Source: Octopus vulgaris (Eukaryota). From it: a stretch of 64,000 bases of DNA. The position numbers and the translations under genes were made by a program. Of this stretch, positions 13,701 to 26,511 are shown piece after piece; position 1 is the first letter of the stretch; every line of letters starts with the position of its first letter. The stretch is taken from positions 117,986,001 through 118,050,000 of the forward strand of contig OX597816.1 of NCBI GenBank assembly GCA_951406725.2, in the 5' to 3' direction. Below the pieces are notes generated by a model. That model ran no database searches. It was not told the DNA's origin and saw only the letters and a list, made by a program, of their open reading frames with translations.

Positions 13701-15799
13701 TCTACCTTTCATTACCACCAGCACTTGCTGCCCTCCTGGGATATATATTAGGTTAGGGATTTTCTCAAATGGTTCAAGTTTCATCTGAATCAAAATATCC
13801 AACCCCACTCCAAATGAATTTTTTTTCGGAATCTGTTTATTTATAGCAGCATGGTAGGGTCATTTAAAGCTACACATTTTATCACCCATCAGAAGTCTAG
13901 TTCTGGTGATACGATTGAAATTTTTACACGGTCACTCTCCGTTCCAGATAAATCGGTGCCAGCGGAAAATAACTCGGGTGTATCCGATCTTATGTAGATG
14001 TCCCACATGTTTTGCCATGTGTGTGTGTTTGTGTGTCTGTGTTTGTCCCCCTAGCATTGCTTGACAACCGATGCTGGTGTGTTTACGTCCCCGTCACTTA
14101 GCGGTTCGGCAAAAAGAGACCGATAAAATAAGTACTGGGCTTACAAAGAATAAGTCCCAGGGTCAATTTGCTCGACTAAAGGCGGTGCTCCAGCATGGCC
14201 GCAGTCAAATGACTGAAACAAGTAAAAGTAAAAGTAATATACTTTAATTTGTGTCTTTTCGTCGATAAGCACATAGACTGAAATGTTTTCTTTTCTGTTT
14301 GGTCTAAAAGATCTTGCAGTATATTGAACATAACTTTTCTCTGTTCTCTTTTGTGAGTGTATTTCTCCGTCTCTTTTAAATGTTCAGACTTATTGTACAA
14401 ATATAGTGAAATGAAATCGAACATATTTGTGATCTTGGCAAAACAAATATTTTAGGCTGTGTTTTCACCGTTGTTGTTGGTGGTGGTGGTGGTGGTGGCG
14501 GTGTTGGTGTGATGCTGGTGCTGGTGGCTGACAATTCTTCGTTTGATCCAAACACTTCTATTCTACCCTGTTTCGACTTCTTGTTTCTTTTACTGGTAAT
14601 TTAGTCGTTTTTCTTTAGACTGAACATTTCTTTTCTTTTCAATTCTTTTCAACTCAGGGTTAAGGAAAGACGTATTTTGAGACGAAATACGTCATTTGTT
14701 TAAGATTATATACACTTCATATGTACTTCAAAATAACTTGATTGACCAAGAAACTTTGAGTGAAAAGATTTTGCTGAATGCGGAGAGCTGGCAGAATCGG
14801 TAGCACGAGGGACAAAATGCTTAGCGGCATTTCTTCCAGTTCCTTGAGTTCTGAGATCATATAGTACCAAAATCATCTTAGCCTTTCATCCCTTCGGTAT
14901 CGATAAAGTAAAATATCAGTCAATTACTGGAGTTGATGCAATCGGCTTGTCTCTTCTTTCAAAATTTGCTGCCCTCGTAACTCTGCAACGGACTGGCATC
15001 CTATTCGGCAAGAAATGTGATCTCTGTCACTCATACGTCATGGAAATCAGGTAAGCACCTTTATAAATACTGGAGTTCGAAAAAATATCTCCCATAATAT
15101 ATCATATTGAGCTACCAGCTACTAAAGAAAACGTAAGGGTGGACTCCTCATGACATGCGGCACATCTTGGGAGCCCATCTTCCTCAAGGTCTGACCATAG
15201 CTGACTTCTCAAAAAGAGAAGCAAACAGAGAAAGAGAGACAGAAAGAAAGAGAAGAATCGACCCCACTTCAAGACTGTTACTTTATCGAGCTCGAAAGGA
15301 TGAAACGCGAAGTTGACTGTAACGAGGTTTGAACGCTGAACGCAAAGACCCGAAACAAATAATCCAGAAGTCGGATCTTTTTGTAAACCTGATATGATGT
15401 GCAAGAAAACAACACCTAAAAAGATACGAAGAAATAAACAAACACGAAGAAAGAAAGAAAAGTACGTGTACATGCGTGTGTGGTTGGAAAATAAAACTGC
15501 TCTGCCATACATTTGAATACGTTCACATACATAACTTCTGTCTATCGATGTAGCTACTTTTCTATTGATAAGATATGCATTTGTGTTTGATTGAATAATT
15601 CTATGTAAAGAACTAACTAAAAGCCTGCAGTAAGTTAGCCTTTCTAAGATTAACTGTCTCCACCAAACGGCTTGGTACAAAGCCAAACCGTTTAGCGGAG
15701 AAGTTTTGAATTCAAGATGTAAATATATCAGGTGTTAGATCATATATACACTTTGGCTTACAATCCCTGCGCTGAGATCGGCTGAGATATTAATAATCC

Positions 15800-16910
15800 C
15801 TTATAATTTGGATATAAGGTCAACAATTTCGAGCGATGTGGAAGTCATTTACATCGACTCCAGTGTTCAACTTGTATTTATTTTATTAATCCCGAAAAGA
15901 TAAAAAAACAAAGTCAACGTCTGCAGTACTTGAACTCGGAACGTAAAGAGCCGGAAAAATACTGCTAAACATTTAGTCTGACTTGTTAGGGATTTAGCCA
16001 TTTTGCCAGCTCGCCGCCACATAGAAACTGCCTTAATAATAATTGCTTCAAATTTTGACAAAAGGCCAGTAATTTTAAGGGGAGAGACTAAGTCGATGTA
16101 ATCGACCCCAGTGCTCAACTGGTACTTATTTCATCGATCCTGAAAGGGTGGAAGGCAAAGTCAATCTCAGCGGAACTTGAACTCAGAACGTAAAACCGAA
16201 AGAAATGCCGCTAAGCATTTTTCCGGCGTGTTAACTATTCTGCCTGCTTGCTGCCTCAGGTCTAGCCTTAATAATCCTTTCTTCTACAGGAAAAAGGCTT
16301 GAAAATTTAGGGGAGGATGATTGTCGATTACATCTTCACCAGTGCGCCATTGGTACTTATTTCATCTGACCAGCAAAATTTGAACTCAGAACGTGAAGCC
16401 GGAAGAAGTGCTGGTAAGCATTTTATCCAAAATGCGAACCGTTCTGCCAGCTTGCTGCTTTGTCCTACCTTATTAATAATTTCAAATTTGCCACAAGGCC
16501 TGAAATTTTGGGAGAGGGGGGCAACTTGATTACATTGACCCTACTATTCAACTGGTACTCATTTCATCGACGCCGAAAGGATGAAAGGCAAAGTCGACCT
16601 CGGTGGAATTTGAACTCAGAACGTAGCGACTGGCGAAATACCGCTAAGCATTTCGTCCAGTGTGTTAGCGATTCTGCTAGCTCACTGCCTTAGTGATTTC
16701 AAATTTTTCCACTAGGGCAGCAATTTTGGGGGAAGGGATGAGTCGTTTAAATTAACCCCAGTGTTCAACTGGTACTTATTTTATCGACCCCGAAAGAATG
16801 AAAGGTAAAGTCGACCTCGTCAGAATTTGAACTCAGAACGTATCGACGGGCGAAACACCACCAAGCGTTTCGTCCAGCGTACTAACGATTACGCCAGCTC
16901 CCCGCCTTGT
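15800..16910 (-). mobile_element. Head-to-tail cluster of about five Nin/Deu-core SINEs
   Basis: GAACTCAGAACGT...CAGCTCGCCGCC-type units repeat roughly every 220 bp. Confidence 0.8.
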
Positions 16911-17899
16911 CCTACTTAATTAATAATGACAAATGTAATAATACTTCACAATTGATATTTCACAATATTCAATTCTGCTTATTACTATTTCATTTTACAT
17001 CATGAACATTTTCGTTGCATCCCGGCAACCAACTGAAATGAGATCTTTATATTCAACTGATTATTGTTATTTATATTCTTTACAAAAAGAGTTTGTTGTC
17101 AATCGTTTGTTGCTAAACATTACCCAAACATTTTGCTATGAGTGAATAAATATATATATATGTAAAATTGCTCATGACACACCTTTACGTACCCTAGAAT
17201 TTCATCAGCGTTAACAAGGCAAGTTAAGTGTGTTGTGTTGTATGCACATACACATACACCCACACACGAGTATGTAAGTAGGTAGGTAGGTACTGGGATA
17301 CATTGCTAAGTAGGATATAAGTATGTATACACGTGTATGTCTATGTATTTGAAAAGGTATGCACCGGGTAGGATTGGGTAATCTATGTGTGCGTTTTGTG
17401 TATGTATGTATGTATGTATGTATGTATCTCTATATGCATGTATGTACATGTAATACATGCATATATGCACGTATGCGTGTGAATGTGTGTGTGGGTGGGG
17501 GTGCATGTGCGCGTATGTGTGTGGGTGGGGGGGTTTGTGTAACATTTAACGAACACTAACCACGCCTCAGAATAACCCTCATTGGCTGATAATGTTTACT
17601 TAAGCAGATTTCTGACTGTGTTTTACCTATCACTATTCTATTTACTGTAATATAGTCGATGTGTGTCTTGTTTATATTGGATAATGTAATTTTTTTTTAT
17701 TATTGTTACGATATATTGTAGATTGTGTTTTCTCTTTCCATTATGTTAAAGCAGTAATAACTTCGAAAGTAAAAGAAAAATATAACTATACGTTATGAAA
17801 GACTTTATATGGGAGATATATCGTTTTTTTTTTTTACTTCTTCGTATTCTGTTAACATGTATACGTATATGTGTATGCGTAAGTGACTGTGTTTATAAA

Positions 17900-18240
<341 letters not shown>

Positions 18241-18533
18241 CGGGGGAGGAGAGATAAGTCATGTCTTTATATGACATCTAGGTAGATCATCCTCAGAGGC
18301 TAATTGGTTTGTGCGGTGAGGCAATTCATTTTTAAAGGTTTCAAATATGGTACTTTATCCTACCTTATATCGGTGGGTGTTCATGTGTGTGTGTGTGTAT
18401 GTGTGTGTATTCGTGTGTGTGAGTGTGAGTGTGCGTATGTATGTATATATACATACACACATACATACGTACATAGATATATATATATGTGTGTGTGCGC
18501 GCACAGGTTTTTGTGTATGTGTGTATGTTTGAA

Positions 18534-18577
<44 letters not shown>

Positions 18578-19841
18578 TATACATACACATATATATACAT
18601 ACACACACACTTATACACATACACACACACACACACATACACACATGTGTGTGTGCGTGAGAGAAAGAGAGAGTTACAGTAAAGACAATATACCAAATAA
18701 TGAAATAAGCGAACGGACAAACAAGCAAAAAAATAGATTTGAACAAAATAAGTAAATAAGTTTTATTTGTTTTTACCGCTTTCTATGTTTTCGATGTTCT
18801 CTGGGAATTTTTGGTCTTGATAATTTGATTAAGTTCAAAAAAGAAAAAAATCCATTGCTTCATATTTACAATGTTAGTTTCTTCAGCCTTTTTTCTGTTT
18901 GTCCTTTCGAGGTGGCTGTTTCGTTTTTCTTATCTTTTACTTCAATCTTAAAATTTTTGCATTTTTTTTCAACATGGTCTCAATTTGTTAAACTACTTAA
19001 CCCATAACAGTCCAACAGTCCTTTCCAAATTCTTCTAACTAGGTTTACTAAAAGGGAATCCTTCTCGTTTCGTAACTTCATTCAAATTTCATCCTACGAT
19101 TTTTGTGGGGGAAAAAAGTGTAAGGGCATTTTCGATTGTGTAGTCCAAAACATACCATACCTAAAAACACTAAAAATTGACTGGTCACAACAGAATGCTT
19201 TCGATAAGGTCTATCGGGGACTAAATAATAATAGCAACCTGTCTTTATTTGCAAAGGTGAGATAGAAGGCTATTCGAAACGGCAACATTGAGATGCCAAG
19301 TGTTTCGTTTGCTCGCATGATTACTTTCGGATCTTTTTGTAAACTTTCGTCATGATAATAACGCTCACGACGTGCCTTTACCGTTCATTTCTAAAGGCAC
19401 ACTTTATTCGCGCGCGCGTGTGCTAAGATATTGCATCAGATTGCTTCCTACCATTTTATTCAAAAATTTCAATTGCTTGAGTTTTCTATATAATTCTCCA
19501 ATTACTATCGAACAGTATTCCTGTAGAAAATTAAACTTGTATAACGAGCTGAAATTTGGTCAACGAACAACGAGCAGTTGTGCGGATTTTTACCTTTTGA
19601 CCGGCAGATTTAGAAAATAATTTTTTGTAACTAAACACTTTCAAACTTCGTATACTGGTAGAATGTGTCATATAAAACATATTTTACTCTTAGCGTTTTT
19701 TTAGGAAAGTTTATGTTTACGAAGTTATTTCGTGTTAAAGTTCTCCCGACTGTGCACGCATATAAATTAGTGAGAATTCATTTTCTTAGCGAGTTCAAGT
19801 TAAACAACAAACTAGACTACGTACGCGTATAAGTTACTGGC

Positions 19842-20229
19842 GTGGAGGCGCAATGGCCCACTGGTTAGGGCAGTGGACTCGCGGTCTTAGGATCGCGGTT
19901 TCGATTCCCAGACCGGGCGTTGTGAGTGTTTATTGAGCGAAAACACCTAAAAGCTCCACGAGGCTCCGGCAGGGGATGGTGGTGATCCCTGCTGTACTCT
20001 TTCACCACAACTTTCTCTCACTCTTACTTCCTGTTTCTGTTGTACCTGTATTTCAAGGGGCCGGCCTTGTCACTCTCTGTGTCACGCTGAATATCCCCGA
20101 GAACTACGTTAAGGGTGCACGTGTCTGTGGAGTGCTCAGCCACTTTACACGTTTATTTCACGAGCAGGCTGTTCCGTTGATTCGGATCAACCGGAACCCT
20201 CATCGTCGTAACCGACGGAGTGCTTCCAC
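19842..20229 (+). mobile_element. Full-length tRNA-derived SINE with 13-bp TSD
   Basis: Head has TGGCCCACTGGTTAGGGC (A box) and GGTTTCGATTCCC (B box). TSD ATAAGTTACTGGC at 19829-19841 and 20230-20242. Confidence 0.9.
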
Positions 20230-20935
20230 ATAAGTTACTGGCAGCCCGTTCGCTTGGCGAGCTGAAATTCGAACAAACCACGAGTAGGTACTGCATGCGT
20301 ATAAGTGCTGGGGGGGCATGTACGAACGATACGCTAGTTCTTCTAAAGAAAATTAAGTCAGCCAATGAACTGAAATTTGAACAAGCTACGAGCAGAGCAT
20401 GTACAAACGGTTTGTTAACGCGCATGAACGTATTTCATGTAGCAGGCAATTTTCCATATTTTAAATAGAAAATAGTTTCTGATAATCTTTTGTTTTTCTG
20501 CAAAAATTACGACCATAAATTAACAGAAGCAAATCAAGGGGGAAAAACGCACGCGCACACACACAACTATTATCTGCCACACTATATTTTTTTAAAAATT
20601 TTTCTTTTATTTGTTTCACTGATTTGACTGCGGCCATGCTGGAGTACCGCCTGTAGTCGAACAAATCTACCCCAGGACTTACTCTTTGTAAGCCTAGTAC
20701 TTATCCTATCAGTGTCTTTTGCTGAACCGGTAAGTTACGCGGAGGTAAACACACTAACATCGGTTGTCAAGCGATGGTGGTGGGGGACAAACAAAGATAC
20801 CCAAATACACACACACACACACATACACACACACACATATATATATATTTCCTCGAATGGGGCTTTTACATGCCGAAATCTACTTGGTGAAATTAATGAT
20901 TATTCCAAATTAATTGATTTCACCCTATATTATTA

Positions 20936-20992
<57 letters not shown>

Positions 20993-21194
20993 GACGGGCT
21001 TCTTTCAGTTTCTGTCTACCAAATCCATTCACAAGGCTTTGGCCAGCCCGAGGCTATAGTAGAAGACACTTGCCCAAGGTGCCACGCAGTGGGGACTGAA
21101 CTCAGAACCATGGGGTTGGTAAGCAAGCTACTTACCACACAGCCGACACACACACGCACATTATGTAAATACGCATACACACAACCATACATAT

Positions 21195-21273
<79 letters not shown>

Positions 21274-21840
21274 CGAGCGGGCGTGTGCGTGTGTGGCTCG
21301 AATACACTGAGTTTTCTAGCTGACTTACATGAGAGAGAAAAATCTTCGAAAGATATACGCATATTACAGGTATAAGATTTCTACCTTTCATTTCAGCGTG
21401 AATCTACTATATCAACTTATTCGTTTGTCTGCACTATTTTTACGCTGTCACTAAGGATTTTTGTTGTTGTTGTTTTTAACACGCCGATGAGAAACTCAGA
21501 TATAGTTTTCTTTGGATTACCTTTATTCGTTTATTATATGCCTCCAATGTATGTTTGTATGTACGTACGTATGTTTGTATGTATGTATGTATGGATGGAT
21601 GGATGGATGGATGAATGGATGGATGTACATGTATGTATGTATATATGTATTTATGTATGTATGTATGTATGTATGTATGTATGTATGTGTGTATATATAT
21701 ATATATATTATATTAAATTAGAGATAAAACCACTATTAGGCAAATCATACAATGAAAAACTTAAGCCAATACATAAGATTAATTAATTTATATTATTTTA
21801 AATATATATCAAAATTATTAAAAAAAGATAATTAGTATAA

Positions 21841-21903
21841 CACTACGATCGTTTCATGGCTGTCCAATTCTTAAAATTTCGAGTTACAGTCATTCTTCAG
21901 GTG
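21841..21903 (-). ncRNA. Minimal type-I hammerhead ribozyme with canonical core
   Basis: Minus strand: CAC-CUGAAGA-AUGACUGU..ACAGCCAU-GAAAC-GAUC-GUA-GUG. Stem I is CAC/GUG, stem III is the palindrome ACGAUCGU, and the cleavage triplet is GUA. Confidence 0.85.
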
Positions 21904-22129
21904 ATTTTAATATTTAACTTAGCGAGGTTTAATCAATAAGAAAATGGAGGAATAGATTCCTTGTGTATTATGAATTTAAGGTAAAACATTTTACCTTCGT
22001 CCATATAATACAATAAATGAACTTATTGCATTGCAATTGTAAGCATTTATTTGGGTACTTCACTGGCAGTATATTGGATAAATGATATCCCATAGTGGGT
22101 TACACTCATAACCCCTATCTCACTTTGTA

Positions 22130-22212
<83 letters not shown>

Positions 22213-22217
22213 GAAAT

Positions 22218-22336
22218 TCTTATACTAGGATGTTGTTGACAGTGACTTCGAAGTTTCGGCCAGCTAAGCCATCATCCGACGATGGCTTAGATGGCCGAAA
22301 CTTCGACGTTACTGTCAACAGCATTCTTGTGTAAGA
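22218..22336. repeat. 59-bp-arm palindrome made of two head-to-head hammerhead-like motifs
   Basis: Arms 22218-22276 and 22278-22336 differ at about 8 positions. Each reads GAYGA-UGGCUUAG.UGGCC-GAAAC-UUCG-A.GUY. Confidence 0.8.
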
Positions 22337-22428
22337 CTAATAGACTTGTGCTGCATAGAATTATAGAGTAACCTATCAGATTAATGTAAAATTGTCTTTA
22401 TTGTAACTGAACATAAAAACAATCATGT

Positions 22429-23544
22429 ACCCGACGTTTTTTTTTTAAATTTTGGAATTTATTGCGTTTATAAATTTTGGAATCTAGTTTTTTCGAGAAT
22501 TCTATTTTTGAATCATTTTGGAATCTTTTTTTTTTTTCTAGTTAATTTTAGTTAATTTTTGTTTATTTTCAGATCATTATTTTGTTTATTTTCAGCTACT
22601 CGCGACATTTGTGCTGTGTATGGAGAGGGTGCCATAGCTGAAAGAACCGCTCGTGATTGGTATGTCAAGTTCAAAAATGGAAATTTTGATCTCAAAGATG
22701 CACCTCGTTCTGGCCATCCAGTTGAGTTCGATGAAGAGCGATTAAACAAACTTTTGCACGAAAATTCTCGTCAAACGACAAGGGAACTGGCAAAGAAAAT
22801 GGAATGCTCCCACACTGCTATAGAAAAGCATCTTCACTCGATGGGAAAGGTTCAGAAGTATGGAGCATGAGTTCCGCATGTTTTAAGTGACAACAGCAAA
22901 ATTCAACGCGTCACAATTTCCGCTGGTTTGCTTGCTCGCCACCGCTCAACTCATGGACACAAGCAACAATTTCTTTACCGAATCGTTACTAGCGACAAAA
23001 AATGGTGCCTGTGCATCAATATGAAGCAGCGTAAGGAAACAACCGATAACGCGTGTGAAACAAGATCATCCACGTAAAACGATGTTGTGCGTATGGTGGG
23101 ACTGGGAAGGGATTATTCATTACGAATTGCTTGGACGGAACCAAACGTCAACGTTCAACAGATGGAACAACTCAGCACGGCTATTCAAAAGAAAAGACCT
23201 AATCGGCAGCATGGAGTTCTTCTGCTGCACGACAACGCCCACCCTCATATCTCCAATGTGACCGAGGAAGCCATTTAAACGCATGACTGAGAAGTGCTGC
23301 CACACTCGCCGTACTCTCCTGATTTGGCACCAACGGATTTTCACCTCTTTCGATCTCTTTCAAAGGCTATGCGCGGAGTTTCGTTCAGTACTGATGCAGA
23401 ATTGGGTGATTTCTACCAACGAGATATTGAAAATCTTGTTGAACGTTGGGAAGAAGTTGTAAACAACAAGGGTGAATAGATTATTGATTAATTAGTTATT
23501 TTTTATTAAACCTTTTAAAAAACGGCGGGAACTTATTTGCCAAC

Positions 23545-23548
<4 letters not shown>
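22429..23548 (+). mobile_element. Mariner (DD34D) transposon with pseudogenised transposase
   Basis: WYVKFKNGNFDLKDAPRSGHP, (W>stop)VPH, MLCVWWD, HDNAHPH and YSPDLAPTDFHLF. Right TIR ...GGAACTTATTTGCCAACCCAA followed by TA; only a remnant of the left TIR remains. Confidence 0.9.
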
Positions 23549-23618
<70 letters not shown>

Positions 23619-23775
23619 TGTGATTTTTTATGTGAAGTCGTGTGTTGAAGCAGATATTGTTGTATTTAGGAATGGTCATTTTGCCAGTTTAGCCAATAAA
23701 AACACAAGCACTATATATTTGGTGTTACTTTGCTTCAGTGTTATTTATTTTTTACATTAATCTTAATCTTATTTC

Positions 23776-23820
23776 GGCCAGAGTTCTTTCGTCACACTCC
23801 TGTGACCGCATCAGTGGTCC
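23776..23820 (-). ncRNA. Variant hammerhead-like motif in the left (inverted) pseudo-LTR
   Basis: Exact reverse complement of 25578-25622. Confidence 0.65.
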
Positions 23821-24178
23821 TTTGTTTTCTTCTTACTTATTTGTGTCTCTCCTTACTAACCATCTGCCATTTTGTATTTATTTCTATTGTATGTCTTCAT
23901 TTGCGCATGCTTATATCTCTATGTGCGTTTATGTTTATTTAGTGTGTGTATGTGGGGGATGCCTGTAATATTTGTATCTTCTGTTTATATATGTTCATGT
24001 AATTTGTATTTTGCATTTTGTTTTTTGTTTTTTGTTTTTGTTGTTTTTGTTTATTCTTATTTTGTTCATGTGTTTACATCCACCCATTATTATCATTACA
24101 TATGCTTGTATGTATGTATGTATGTATGTATGTATGTATAACAACAATACTAGTAATAATAATAATAAATTGAATCGA

Positions 24179-24258
<80 letters not shown>

Positions 24259-24294
24259 CATATGCTTGTATGTATGTATAACAACAATACTAGT

Positions 24295-24933
24295 ATTTGC
24301 CCACTCTATAGGAACAAGTCATGGAACACTATAGAAAGGACAAAAAAGAAAATAGGGAAGGCCAACTCTTGGTATGATAGCCATAAATACCAGAGTGTCA
24401 TGTTCGTTGACACCACCCCTGGAGGTGAACTGGCGTATCGCTTTAGAAGGACCCTAGACAAACTTAAGCTAAGAATTAAGGTTGTTGAAAAGCCAGGCAA
24501 CCCTATCAAATCTATAATTGGTAGAACCTATCCTTTTAGTAGAACCCCCTGTACGGATAAGTACTGTACTGTATGTAGATTTAGCCCACAAACAAACTAT
24601 AAAGCCAGAAATGTAGTCTATAGTATAAGATGTATAGAGGAACGATGCAGTAACAAGACAACGACATACGTAAGGGAAACGGCAAGAAGCATAGGAGAGC
24701 GGGTAAATGAGCATTGGAGACAACTCAAGGAAGGTAAAAGCTCATCGATTCTGTACCAACACGCCGTACAAGAACACGGGGGATCAATCAATAACATAGA
24801 AATTAAAATATTATCCACACATAGATCAGATGCAACAATTAGACAAATAACAGAAGCTACACACATAATAGAAAATAAACCTAGCCTGAATAGAAAACTA
24901 GAATGGAGCACTAAAACACACCACAACATATGA
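24295..24933 (+). CDS. Penelope-like element C-terminal GIY-YIG endonuclease (truncated ORF, RT missing)
   Basis: Cys-rich linker CTDKYCTVC, then NVVYSIRC..C..TYVRETARSIGERVNEH...H...H...RQITEA..I...PSLN. The ORF is uninterrupted to its stop codon. Confidence 0.85.
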   Translation: MCPLYRNKSWNTIERTKKKIGKANSWYDSHKYQSVMFVDTTPGGELAYRFRRTLDKLKLRIKVVEKPGNPIKSIIGRTYPFSRTPCTDKYCTVCRFSPQTNYKARNVVYSIRCIEERCSNKTTTYVRETARSIGERVNEHWRQLKEGKSSSILYQHAVQEHGGSINNIEIKILSTHRSDATIRQITEATHIIENKPSLNRKLEWSTKTHHNI

Positions 24934-25033
24934 CGATAGAGGATCCTGAAAACATAATAAATACATAGATAAATAAATAAACTAATAGAATTAAATAACT
25001 ATATATATATATATGTATATGTATATGTATATG

Positions 25034-25067
<34 letters not shown>

Positions 25068-25153
25068 TATTCGATTCAATTTATTATTATTATTATTATT
25101 ACTAGTATTGTTGTTATACATACATACATACAAGCATATGTATATGTATATGT

Positions 25154-25229
<76 letters not shown>

Positions 25230-25577
25230 GATTCAATTTATTATTATTATTATTACTAGCATTGTTGTTATACATACATACATACATACATACAAGCATA
25301 TGTAATGATAATAATGGGTGGATGTAAACACATGAACAAAATAAGAATAAACAAAAACAACAAAAACAAAAATCAAAAAACAAAATGCAAAATACAAATT
25401 ACATGAACATATATAAACAGAAGATACAAATATTACAGGCATCACCCCACATACACACACTAAATAAACATAAACGCACATAGAGATATAAGCATGCGCA
25501 AATGAAGACATACAATAGAAATACAAAATGGCTGACGGTTAGTAAGGAGAGACACAAATAAGTGAGAAGAAAACAAA

Positions 25578-25622
25578 GGACCACTGATGCGGTCACAGGA
25601 GTGTGACGAAAGAACTCTGGCC
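25578..25622 (+). ncRNA. Variant hammerhead-like motif in the right pseudo-LTR
   Basis: CCA-CUGAUGCG-GUCACA-GGAG-UGUGAC-GAAA-GAAC-UC-UGG. Stems I, II and III are all present, but the core has CG in place of A9. Confidence 0.65.
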
Positions 25623-25734
25623 GAAATAAGATTAAGATTAATGTAAAAAATAAATAACACTGAAGCAAAGTAACACCAAATATATAGTGCGTGTGTTTTT
25701 ATTGGCTAAACTGGCAAAATGACCATTCCTAAAT

Positions 25735-25799
<65 letters not shown>

Positions 25800-25805
<6 letters not shown>

Positions 25806-26450
25806 CATCAAATTTATATTCGCTTTTCCTTGCTTGCATGGGTTGGATCAGTATTTTCCAACACAAATCTTACCATTTGTTACGTTTTTTTGTAATCTCT
25901 TGTATGGGGGATTATCATTCTGAATTCAGGTTTTACTATTTCTGCTCGTATCTTACTCAACCTTCCTCTTTCACAGTTTCATTCCACCTGGATATCCAAG
26001 CATGTTTTTACTCATGTATTATTACCCATGTGCACCACATATCCGTATCAACGTAAACTTTCTTCCTGCACATTCCAACAAAGCAACTCCTCTTATACCC
26101 AGTTTATCCCTCCGTCTATCTGTGCTTCGTCATTCATGGACACTGATGATACACATCAAGTAGACAATGTTTGACTTCATTTCTCTCCACCATCTCACAT
26201 CCTCCATGTACAGTAATCACGTCTCACTACCATGCAGCGTCACACTTTGTACACAAGCAACATACAAACTGCTACTCACTCCGAGAGAGAATCCCTTGTT
26301 TCTGGAAAAGATAATATCTCGCTGAATTTTTTTACCGTATCCTTATTCTGATTACCATGATTCCAGAGCTTCTTTCACTAATGATTAGGTCCCCCAGGTA
26401 ACAGAAGCAATCACCTACGTCTACTGGATCCTCCAAGCATTGAAAATGAA
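25800..26450 (-). mobile_element. RTE-like LINE 3' fragment (decayed)
   Basis: Similar to the RTE copy at 60995-62235 (DCFCYLGDLIS, LYVACVQSVTLHGSE-like remnants). Confidence 0.6.
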
Positions 26451-26511
26451 CTATTTTTGTAGTACTCTTAATGCTAACTACTCCTACTCATCTGTCACAT
26501 ACAAAGTCTTT

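Larger units (their letters stand above)
23653..25743 (+). mobile_element. 5'-truncated Penelope-like element with inverted pseudo-LTRs, flanked by (TA)n
   Basis: ~23653-24295 is the reverse complement of ~25040-25743, and the GIY-YIG ORF lies between them. Confidence 0.88.

Noticed and set aside
14370-14600. Minus-strand Pro/Thr-rich open frame (…TPTPPPPPPPTTT…)
   Set aside because: Driven by a (GGT)n/(GTT)n repeat, with a weak acceptor and no homology I can recognise.
19842-19920. tRNA gene
   Set aside because: A and B boxes are present, but it continues into a SINE body bounded by a TSD, so it is a SINE head.
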